64,000 nucleotides of DNA from Eledone cirrhosa (lineage: Eukaryota), in the NCBI GenBank assembly GCA_964016885.1, contig OZ024741.1, positions 124,310,001 to 124,374,000 on the forward strand, in the 5' to 3' direction. Both the position numbers and the translations under genes were made by a program. Position 1 is the stretch's first letter. Every line of letters begins with the position of its first letter. Below are positions 26,500 through 37,352 of the stretch, in pieces. The notes beneath the pieces were generated by a model. It was not told the DNA's origin and searched no databases. It saw only the letters and a program-made list of their open reading frames with translations.

Positions 26500-28728
26500 T
26501 CCTAAAATAATTAATTTATCTAAAAGAGATCTTGACAATGATGAAATGCAAATTCTGTCAAAAGGACTGAAATTCACACCGACTCCAACAGTCAACCACC
26601 AAGAACTGAAGGAGGATACCCAAGAATTCTGTCGTAAATTACATCTTGTAGAATTCTTCGCTGATAAAAATAATGAGAGTGATGAATTACTAGTAAAGAA
26701 TAAATCAAATTTCACTCCGCCAAAAGGAAGAAATATTTATCTCGACCAATACATTGAAATCCTGTCTAAATTTCCTCTTAGACATAATAATAATGTTAGG
26801 CCAAACATTAACAAATCAGAAATGTCTGCACTTAAACGTATACAAAATGATAAAACAATAATAATTAAACAAGCAGATAAAGGGGGTGCAGTTGTTATAA
26901 TGGATACTGAATACTACAAGGATTTGGTTGAGGAACAACTGAAAGACAACATTCTATCATGAAATACCGTCAAATATAGACCACAACATCATGAAGAAGA
27001 TCAACAACCTGGCTTCAAAATACCACAACTCATTTACTGATAAGGAAAGAGACTACATCACCAATTTTGAGCCGAAACCCAGCAACCTGTATGGCCTACC
27101 GAAAGTTCACAAGTCAAAAGAAATACAACTGGCAGTAAGAGAACAAAACAGTGAGTACATTAAATTATTACACCCAAAAGACTTAAAACTTAGACCTATT
27201 ATAACTGGTCCAACATGCCCCACTCACCGTCTAAGCAATTTTGTTGACATTATTTTGAAACCACTATGTATTCACATACCCAGTTTCATCCGGGATGATA
27301 TCGACTTCCTGTCCCATCTTCCCAAAACCACGGAAACGAATTCACTTCTACTCAGTTTTGATGTGGTAAGCCTTTACACCAACATTACACATGATTTAGG
27401 AATAAAGGCGGTTAAATACTGGGTGGAAAAACAGAGAAGTGATTCCCATTAGTTTCACAGCGCCACTTATATTAGACGCAGTTAAACTTATTCTGGAAAA
27501 CAACACTTTCTTCTTCAATGGAAAGAATTACATCCAAATTAGAAGCACAGCGATGGGAACGAAGTTTGCTCCCGTTTACGCGAACTCTGTAATGGGATAC
27601 TTAGAACAACAACTCTACCAAGAAATAGAGGAAAAATATAGTACTGACTTTAGAAAGTACATTGAAAAATCTTGGAAGAGATACCTTGACGACTGTTTCA
27701 TCATCTGGACAGAATCTCTAGATACTCTGGATGATTTCAATATCCTCCTGAATAACCTACACCCATCTCTCCAATTCACAAAAGAGATGAGTAGGACCAA
27801 ATTACCATTCCTAGATATAATGATAATCAAAAACGACACCATCATTACCACGGATATATATTATAAACACACAGACACCCATCAATATCTGAATTTTAAG
27901 TCGTGCCATCCACCTCATACAAAACGCAACATCCCATACTGCCTAGCCAGAAGAATTTGTACCATTGTAGAATATACGAATACCAGGTACAAACGCCTAA
28001 CAGAACTAAGAGAATTTTTGCTCAAACAAAAATACCCATCTCTACTTATAGAAAATGGCATACAGCGGGCTATAAAAATACCTATACAACAACTTAGAAC
28101 AACCCAAGGAAGAAGAAACCAAGAACTGGTCATACCATTTATAATGACACACAACCCCTGTCACCAGAATATATTCAACACTGCCAAAGCAAACCTACCG
28201 ATCATTGCTCAAAGTAATGAATTAAAAGGCTTAATCACAGATCGATCTTTGACTCTTAGTAAAAGACAGCCAAAAAATTTGAAGCAATTGCTAACAAAAG
28301 CAAAGTTTGACCTTAACAACAAAGACCAATCATTCACTGTATCTAAATGCAATGATAATCGATGCGGCACATGTCAATCCATACACGCCGGTCAATATAT
28401 GAAAACAAAAACTGGAAAAATATTCCCAAATGCAAATATGAACTGCAAAAGCAGAAATCTAATTTACTGCATTAAATGCCCGAATTGTGAAGAACTATAT
28501 GTCGGTCAAACTAGAAATGCACTATCGGAACGTGCACGGGTACACCGTCAACAAATCAGAGACCCAAATGTCTGTCAGATACCCCTAAGCGGCCACCTGG
28601 CAACATGTGGTCAGGGAATATTTATAATATTCCCATTCTACAAATTACACAGCCCAAGTGAAATCAAGAGAAAAATCAAAGAAAATTATTTTATTGATAA
28701 ATTCAAACCCAAGCTAAATGAGCAATAA
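26500..28728 (+). pseudogene. PLE reverse transcriptase-GIY-YIG polyprotein (two frameshifts)
   Basis: IINLS..LSKGLKFTP, IKQADKGGAVV, LYGLPKVHK, LRPII, SFDVVSLYTNI, TAMGTKFAP, WKRYLDDCF, FLDI, YYKHTD..SCHP, CxxxxCxxC linker, LIYCIKCPNC..YVGQT..R..H, FKPKLN. Frameshifts near 26960 and 27445. Confidence 0.95.
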
Positions 28729-29107
28729 TAACGCCTAGGGGTATTACTTCTACTACCACTATGACCACGACCACTAACAACAACAACAACAACAACAACA
28801 ATAATAATAATAATAAAAGTGATGTTGATGGTGATGATTAATAGAAAATGCTATTTTCATCATTTCAAAAAGCAAAACAATTGATACGTTGGTATGGCTA
28901 TTGGTCGTTAGCATGCGCAACCAGCCGTGACGCTTAAACCAATCAGCTGTAGTAATTCAGTGAAACTACACACTGATTGGTCGAAATACAGTTTACAGGG
29001 CTTTGCATTCTGGAGCCACTTTTCTCTGTATAAAATGTATAAAAGGTAGGAAATTTACCCATCTCATTACAGTTGAAAATTGCAAACTCGACTGTCACCA
29101 CATATCA

Positions 29108-29145
29108 TGAACCTGAAGATTGCGAAAGCATGAAAGTACTTGTTC
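29108..29145 (+). ncRNA. Minimal type I hammerhead ribozyme of the Neptune-type pLTR
   Basis: tgaac-CTGAAGA-t-tgc(gaaa)gca-t-GAAA-gtac-TT-gttca, with palindromic AAGTACTT at stem III. Confidence 0.85.
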
Positions 29146-29582
29146 AATTAAAACTTAGAATTTAATATTCTCTCATACTATTTCATTATAATACCATTAT
29201 ATATATTTTATAGGATTGTAAATAAAACGAGTAAATCAGACAAAGTTGGAATTCCTCTTATTAATATATATATATATATATATATATATGAAAACAAATA
29301 ACGAAACGAAATTAAATTTCGTTTCGTTTGTAACTCACTTTTGTATGACTGACGCTTAAACAATTAAGTTAAAAATGTACATCCACATATGTATACTGAA
29401 ATACTAGTATGCATATGAATACACACACGTGTACATATGTAGATGTACCGAGTTTTTCACTGGTCACTTTACTGTGAGTGTCCAGCTATTCTGTATGTAA
29501 GCACACAGACAAACCGGTTTTTAGAGTCATACTGGTTTTTGAGGAAACACCTTTCCTCTATTCTCCAGAAAGCCAGACAAGG

Positions 29583-29627
29583 AATATTGGACTAGTTTCG
29601 ATGTTGTTACATCTCATCAGCAATATT
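29583..29627 (-). ncRNA. Minimal type I hammerhead ribozyme
   Basis: Reverse complement of 30021-30065. Confidence 0.92.
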
Positions 29628-30020
29628 TACCTATCTTCCGGCCTTTCTAGAGAATCGTAAAAGCACATATCGTTATATGCTTTTTCTATGAAATAGCTGG
29701 ACACTCACAGTAAAGTGACCAGTGAAAAACTCGGTACATCTACATATGTACACGTGTGTGTATTCATATGCATACTAGTATTTCAGTATACATATGTGGA
29801 TGTACATTTTTAACTTAATTGTTTAAGCGTCAGTCATACAAAAGTGAGTTACAAACGAAACGAAATTTAATTTCGTTTCGTTATTTGTTTTTATCGTCTC
29901 CGTTGAACCGGTGCGTACTCACGCTCTATGCAAATTAGTCTGCCCACTAATAATTTTCATAGAAAAAGCATATAACGATATGTGCTTTTACGATTCTCTA
30001 GAAAGGCCGGAAGATAGGTA

Positions 30021-30065
30021 AATATTGCTGATGAGATGTAACAACATCGAAACTAGTCCAATATT
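30021..30065 (+). ncRNA. Minimal type I hammerhead ribozyme, canonical core
   Basis: aatattg-CTGATGA-gatgt(aaca)acatc-GAAAC-ta-GTC-caatatt. Confidence 0.93.
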
Positions 30066-30429
30066 CCTTGTCTGGCTTTCTGTAGAATAGAGGAAAGGTG
30101 TTTCCTCAAAAACCAGTATGACTCTAAAAACCTGTGTGTTTACATACAGAATAGCTGGACACTCACAGTAAAGTGACCAGTGAAAAACTCGGTACATCTA
30201 CATATGTACACGTGTGTGTATTCATATGCATACTAGTATTTCAGTATACATATGTGGATGTACATTTTTAACTTAATTATATATATATATGGATGTATAT
30301 ATAATGTATTTTGAATATATATATATACATACATGCACACATATATATATGTACGTATGGATTCACCGAACATTTATTATAATGCTCGGTGTGTTTGTAA
30401 ACAAACATCCTGAATTAAGCCGTAATATA

Positions 30430-30848
30430 GCAGAGTATAAAAGTTTTAATATAGATGAGATTCTACAGGACTAGAACTGTTTAATTCTTTAGAAATCATC
30501 AGGAATCTGGCCTTCCAAAAATAAATCTTTTCAGGTGGTAGGAGAGGGTGGGGAGTGGGATGGGTGGAGGTCATTGGTTGAAAGAAAAGGTAATTCATTA
30601 AAGGCTAATTCTTTAAGTCTATAGTTTATATTTAAAGTGACAAAGCAGAAAGGATTCTATGAACAGGTTCAGATTTGGGAGCCACTCCTTATTTTTAAGT
30701 TTCTCTTAAGCTAACAATGCCTATATTTCAGGTGTCTATAAGGTGATTGTGGGTCGGTCATGGTTGATGGATTTAAAGAAAAGGGAAATTCTTTATAAGC
30801 TAATTCTTTAAAGCTCTACTTAGAGTGACAAAGGCCAAGAGAATTCTA
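30430..30848 (-). mobile_element. Non-coding repeat with degenerate HHR (30468-30508); inverted homolog at 36940-37352
   Basis: About 420-bp inverted similarity. Minus strand reads gattc-CTGATGA-tttctaaagaat-TAAAC-a-GTT. Confidence 0.7.
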
Positions 30849-30941
30849 TATATATATGTATGTATGTATGTGTATATATGTGTTATATATATGTGTATGT
30901 ATGTGTGTATGTTTATGTATGTATATATATGCATATATATA

Positions 30942-30972
<31 letters not shown>

Positions 30973-31039
30973 GTTTGTATATATATATATATGTATATAT
31001 ATATGTATATATATATATATATGTATGTATGTATATATG

Positions 31040-31099
<60 letters not shown>

Positions 31100-31254
31100 A
31101 TATATATATGTATGTATATATATATATATGTATACATATATATATATATATATATATATAGTGGTGGGACACTGAAAGGTAATATCCGTAGTGGTAGAGC
31201 ACTCAGTCCAAGGGACGAGTTAGATAGAAGTGGTTACACAACAGTTAGTTCACC

Positions 31255-31300
31255 ATACCGAGAACAATTGTTTCACCTTCGTGGATCTTCAGCTCGGTAT
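31255..31300 (-). ncRNA. Minimal type I hammerhead ribozyme (Naiad-like pLTR)
   Basis: ataccgag-CTGAAGA-t-cc(acgaa)gg-t-GAAAC-aatt-GTT-ctcggtat. Confidence 0.85.
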
Positions 31301-34300
31301 GTATATGGTTATAGGAAGAGGAAGGATAACCGTACGAACGTGTATGCGCAGAAACTCGGTCACTTCACGCAGGCGATAGTAGACAGCTTGCGGGGGGTGT
31401 AAGGGATATAACTGCGAAAGCCCGGAAAGTTTTTTGGTTGAAAATAAAATAAAAAAATTTAAAAATAAAATTATAAAGAATCAGTCCGGAACCTTGTAGT
31501 TATATAATAGATGTTTGGTGACGTGTGGACAAAGTGTGAAAAATTCACTCCTCGTGTTTAGGAAATCATTATTGCGTAATCTCTTTAGAATAGTTATTCG
31601 TTCGTCAATACATAAGCCACACGTCGGATTTCCCCTTGCGTATGGCTTGGACTTAGTGATGGCTTTCCATTGAATGGAGTACCCTATACTTGAGTCCTTG
31701 AGGGACCATAGATGGCTCCTGAGTTTCGTGGATGAACGTCTGTCCGGGTATCTGAAGGTAGACTGGTGGTTCAGGTAACGCTCCTTGAATCGGCCATCCG
31801 CCATGCCCACATAGAATTTGACCTCCTGTGGTTCGTTTGGTCGGTTGCAAGTGACCAGAGCTTCATAGATTACAGCTGGTGTGTTTCATTGTTATTGAAG
31901 GGGGCAATTTTCAGGCTTACGGCAAGAGCACCCTGGTGGGGTATTGCTCCTAGGGCTGCTGGTGATGTGGGCCTTAGTGTTCTTAGCGCAGGACTATCCT
32001 AGTTTAACTTTGTGTCGGTTAAAGATGGAGCGGTATTTATGACCTATGGGGACGTGTCTATCTAAGAGGGCTAGACATTTTTTTCCTACATTGGTTTTAA
32101 CGTTGAGTGAGAAGGGATGAGAGAACCAGATAGTTTGTCTATTGATGCGCTTACTTTTTTTAATGGTGTTGTTGCTAGTGGGAGACTAGGTGATAGGTTG
32201 TGAGAAGCCGCTGTTAGCCAACGCCGTGTTATAGTATGGTGCCGCCCTGTCAAAGATAGCCTTATTAGAGGAGAGGTTTGAGATTCTAGTACTGATATTC
32301 TTAACGAAGTTTCTAAAAACAGTGGGAGGGTGGCATGAGTCCTTGTGAATTTAATTAAGTTTCTCGTTTAGCTAATGGAAGGGTCTGTGGGTGTGTGTGC
32401 GAAGGTCTAAATTAATGTCTAAGAAATCCACGCTAGAGAGGTTGGTAGCTACTGTTATCCTGAGGCCTAACTCATTGAAGGTAGAAGCTAAGTCTTTTTT
32501 AAACCGGTCGAGGTCGTGACCACTTTTATGGCTCGATAAAGACAATCCATCGTCACGGTATATTCCCGTGTGGAAGTCCGGGAATCTAACACGTAATATG
32601 TCTGAAATAAAAAGGCCAACCAAGTCACATACGTCAGCACTGTCAAACGATCCCATGGAGACGTCGAACAGGTCTGAAGATGTAGACTTCTTTGCCCAGG
32701 CTACTCCGTCGTTGAAGAGGAGGGTTTTCCGGCAGTGAGCGATGATTTCCCTGTCTAAACCATCAACGGTGGTATAAGTGGTAGCGAAGTCCAACGCTTT
32801 GTTTAACAGGGTCTCTGAGATCGACGGGAAAAATCGACAATGTCAAACTTTAAACTTCGCTTTTTTTGAATTTTAAGGTGTTAAACCACTTAATTACGGA
32901 GTCGCTGTTCTCAACTGGGGTAGGTTGGACTTGATTCTAATGGTCTTAACTATGTTTCTAAGTATGGCCTTACTGACTAGTCCCATATCTGTGCGTGCCG
33001 GGTTTATTAGTTTGCATGTGGGGTTAGAAGTAAAGTCTACCTTGTGATCTTTCAGGGTGAGGAACGCCTCTCGCTTAGCTAGAGATTGTAGCTTCTTATC
33101 TACCTTAAGGTCGCCGGCGAGTTCCTTGGCTTCTGTATTAATGTCGTGGTAGGACATAGGTTTAGCGTTCTTATATTTAGAAGTAATAGCGTTATGGGCC
33201 AGGTGGCCGACTTCGTAAATACTGTTAGTTTTGTCGGAAAGGATGGTGTTATTAGAAAACCTAAATTTCTTAATATCGTTTCTGAGTTTCGTTTGAAAGG
33301 TGTTAGTGTGTTTCGAAAGGAAAAGTTAGCGACTAAGTCAAGAAGGTCCGTCTCGAAAGGAGCAAGTTCGGTAACCTTAGGAGGGTAGGCTCTCAATTTC
33401 AGGTTGAAGGTGTTGTTTCCACTGTTTTTAGAAACTTGGTTAAGAATATCAGTACTAGAATCTCAAACCTCTCCTGTAATAAGGCTATCTTTGACAGGGC
33501 GGCACCCTATTATAACACGGCGTTGGCCAAAAGCGGCTTCTCACAACCTCTCACCTACTCGCCCACTAACAACAACACCATTAAAAAAAGTAAGCGCATC
33601 AATAGATAAACTATCTGGTTCTCTCCTCCCTTCTCACTCAACGTTAAAACCAATGTCGGAAAAAAATGTCTAGCCCTCTTAGATAGCAACTTCCCCATAG
33701 GTCACAAATACCGCTCCATATTTAACCGACACAAAGTTAAACTAGGATACTCCAGCGCTAAGAACATGAAGGCCCACATCACCAGCAGCCCTAGGAGCAA
33801 CACCCCACCAGGGTGCTGTTGCCGTAAGCCTGACGCTTGCCCCCTTAAATAACAATGCAACACACCAGCTGTAATCTATGAAGCTGTGGTCACTTCCAAC
33901 CGACCAAACGAACCACAGGAGGTCAAATCCTATGTGGGCATGGCGGATGGGGATTCAAGGAGCCTTTCCTGAACCACCAGTCTACCTTCAGATACCCGGA
34001 CAGACGTTCATCCACGAAACTCGCGAGCCACCTATGGTCCCTCAAGGACTCAAGTACATGGTACTCCATTCAATGGAAAGCCATCACTAAGTCCAAGCCA
34101 TACGCAAGGGGAAATCCGACGTGTGGCTTATGTATTGACGAACGAATAACTATCCTAAAGAGATTACGCAATAGTGATTGCCTAAACACGAGGAGTGAAT
34201 TTTTCACACGTTATCCACATGTCACCAAACGGACTGATTCGTTGTAATTTTATTTTTAAATTTTTTATTTTATTTTCAACCCAAAAACTTTCCGGACTTT

Positions 34301-34416
34301 CGCAGTTATCTCCCTTACACTCCCCGCAAGCAGTCTACTATTGCCTGCTTGAAGTGACCGAGTTTCTGCGCATGCGCGTTCGTACGGTTGTCCTTCCTGT
34401 TCCTATAACCATATAC

Positions 34417-34462
34417 ATCCCGAGCTGAAGATCCGCGAAGGTGAAACAATTGTTCTCGGTAT
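34417..34462 (+). ncRNA. Minimal type I hammerhead ribozyme (inverted-arm copy)
   Basis: ccgag-CTGAAGA-tccgcgaaggt-GAAAC-aatt-GTT-ctcgg. Confidence 0.82.
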
Positions 34463-34500
34463 GGTGAACTAACTGTTGTGTAACCACTTCTATATATATA

Positions 34501-34856
<356 letters not shown>

Positions 34857-34867
34857 TGTATGTATAT

Positions 34868-35952
34868 ATTCTTCTCCCCATTTTTTCACATATATTTACT
34901 TAAACTGCGATTCCGTTTTTCTCTCTCTCTCTCTCTTACTGCTCCCTCGTTCTCTCTGTTTCTCTTACTTTCTTTCGTCCCCTCTGTCATGTCAGTTAAC
35001 ACTTTCTCTCTACTGACCTCTTCCTCACACTTCCACTCACTCACTCACTGTTTCTCCCCTTCTCACTTTCCCCCGTTCGCGATGTTAACGATTTTCCTTC
35101 TTTCTTACATTGGATTCATCTCGAAAGGTCTAATTTTTACTCGCTCATATATTCACCCAGCTTATACTGATAGAATAACTATGTAGCTTGTGTCTTTCCT
35201 ATCTTCGGTTAGATTTCCTCTGTGTTGTTTACTTGTCTCACTCGCTTTACGCGTTTTAATTGTCCTAATAACTTATTTTAGTTATTATTGCGCCAACGTG
35301 AGGTATATGATTTTTAATGCAATGAAATACCTATGACCGTTGGTAAATCTCTGACGAGGGACTCATATTATAACATGTTATCCATGTGCAACCATGCAGT
35401 ATTCTTCTCCCCGTTTTTTCACATATATTTACCTAAACTCCGATTCTGTTTTTCTCTCTCTCTCTCTTACTGCTCCCTCGTTCTCTCTGTTTCTCTTACT
35501 TTCTTTCGTCCCCTCTGTTATGTCAGTTAACCCTTTCTCTATACTTACCTCTTCCTCACACTTCCACTCACTCACTCACTGTTTCTCCCCTTCTCACTTC
35601 CCCCCGTTCGCGATGTTAACGATTTTCCTTCTTTCTTACATTGGATTCATCCCGAAAGGTCTATTTTCTACTCGCTCATATATTCACCCAGCTTATACTG
35701 ATAGAATAACTATGTAGCTTGTGTCTTTCCTATCCTCGGTTAGCTTTCCTCTGTGTTGTTTACTTGTCTCACTCGCTTTACGCGTTTTAATTGTCCTAAT
35801 AACTTATTTTAGTTATTATTGCGCCAACGTGAGGTATATGAATTTTAATGCAATGAAATACCTATGACCGTTGGTAAATCACTGATGAGGGACTCATTTT
35901 ATAACATGTTATCCATGTGCAACCATGCAGTATTCTTCTCCCCATTTTTTCA
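34868..35952 (+). repeat. Tandem ~532-bp non-coding unit (2 copies plus ~20 bp) between (TA)n tracts
   Basis: attcttctcccc starts at 34868, 35401 and 35932. The unit is pyrimidine-rich and contains CTGA(C/T)GA. Confidence 0.85.
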
Positions 35953-36220
35953 TATATATATATATATATAAATACTACTACACCAAATGACCAGCCCTGT
36001 CCACTGTCCATTTGGTCAAGTAGAGATTAAAATTGGCACTCCCAAAAATTCTTATTTAGACAAAATGAACCATTTACTCATGGTATTCTCATTAGAAACC
36101 CATTATATACTTGTTTAGCAGTAAATTGATTTACCATCTGTCATAAACTATCCTCTCTTTTTCTTCCTCTATTATTAATATAAATACTTCAATTTTTCTG
36201 ATTTTATCCAATTTATCCAA

Positions 36221-36340
36221 AATCTCTGAAGAAGTGACAACTGATTATACATTTGCTATCGAATACTTGCTAACATTATATGATTACGCAAGCAGCGATA
36301 CATAGGTATCCCGTCTGTTACAGAAACATATGTCAATACC
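36221..36340 (+). ncRNA. Degenerate hammerhead-like motif with ~90-nt stem II region
   Basis: CTGAAGA (36226-36232)-a-gtgaca...tgttac-a-GAAAC-atat-GTC. Stem I does not pair. Confidence 0.45.
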
Positions 36341-36494
36341 TAATAAATTCCTTTTTAAAAAAAGCACTTTCATTTCATATTCATCCTTTCTACATTTTCT
36401 CCGGAATATAATTTATACTCGTTGAGCAAACCTGCACGTACGCTGTTCATCTCTAACGTAACGATATATTATCACTACATTATTGATAACCTGA

Positions 36495-36554
<60 letters not shown>

Positions 36555-36555
<1 letters not shown>

Positions 36556-36715
36556 GAGAATTAGTATATTTACCAACATTTGCGTACAGATGTACACTAA
36601 TACTAGCAAATACATAAGTTATGTCATAGTACCTAGGTGATTCAATGCAGGAGGATGCAGAAAATGTTAGTAAGTTAATTTTCAATTTTTAAAATTTTCT
36701 TATTTTACGTCTTTC
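36555..36715. mobile_element. Short diverged, internally inverted relative of the 560-bp unit family
   Basis: 36555-36665 is the reverse complement of the unit junction (ctgcattgaa..cctaggtactatgacataac..tatttgct). 36667-36715 matches the unit end (ttttcttattttacgtcttt). Confidence 0.7.
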
Positions 36716-36748
<33 letters not shown>

Positions 36749-36764
36749 TATGTGTATGTGTGTG

Positions 36765-36870
<106 letters not shown>

Positions 36871-36939
36871 GACAGCTGGAATATAGCTTAAGAGAAATAT
36901 GACAATAATGATAGACACCCAATATTTTGAACTGGTTTA

Positions 36940-37352
36940 CAGAATTCTCGGCCTTTGTCACTCTAATTAGAGATTTAAAGAATTAGCTTTTAAAGAATTT
37001 CCCTTTTCTTTAAATCCATCAACCATGACCGACCCACAACCACCTAATAGACACCTGAAATATAGGCATTGTTAGCCTAAGAGAAACTTAAAAATAAGGA
37101 GTGGCTCCCCAATCTGAACCTGTTTATAGAATCCTTTCTGCCTTTGTCTTTCTAAATATAACTATAGACTTAAATAATTAGCTTTTAATGAATTCCCTTT
37201 TCTTTCAACCAATGACCTCCACCCATCCCACTCCCCGCCCTCTCCTACCAGCTGAAAAGATATAACTACCAATACATTTATTTTTGGATTCCTGATGATT
37301 TCTAAAGAATGAAACATTTCTAATCCTGTAGAATCTCATCTATATTAAAACT
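36940..37352 (+). mobile_element. Plus-strand copy of the 30430-30848 family with HHR at 37286-37326
   Basis: ggattc-CTGATGA-t-ttc(taaa)gaa-t-GAAAC-at-ttc-t-aatcc; ends at (TA)n. Confidence 0.7.

Larger units (their letters stand above)
29290..30278. mobile_element. Non-coding 458-bp HHR unit: minus arm (29290-29692) head-to-head with a ~1.3-unit plus arm (29692-30278)
   Basis: aatagctggacactc recurs at 29692 and 30150 (period 458). The arms are nearly identical and (TA)n lies at both outer ends. Confidence 0.85.
31161..34490. mobile_element. Naiad-like PLE (minus, ~33420 to 31161) with an inverted 3'-end duplicate (plus, ~33418-34490)
   Basis: AFLTLKDHK..CKLINPA, FDVSMGSFD, GIYRDDGL, VDFLDINLDL, CSCRKPENCPL, and GRFKERYLNH..CGLCIDE..LNTRSE..CPH. 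The plus arm repeats about 32326 to 31226. Both ends abut (TA)n. Confidence 0.92.

Noticed and set aside
25153-28154. Antisense ORFs opposite the Neptune-type PLE
   Set aside because: Shadow ORFs of the coding strand with no motifs.
31886-31888. In-frame TGA at a conserved Cys (CPLxxxC) of the Naiad-like element, suggesting selenocysteine as reported for some Naiad PLEs
   Set aside because: The sister arm has TGC at this codon (about 33856), an in-frame TAA lies two codons upstream in both arms, and no SECIS-like motif was seen in the 3' UTR. Most likely decay; a family consensus would settle it.
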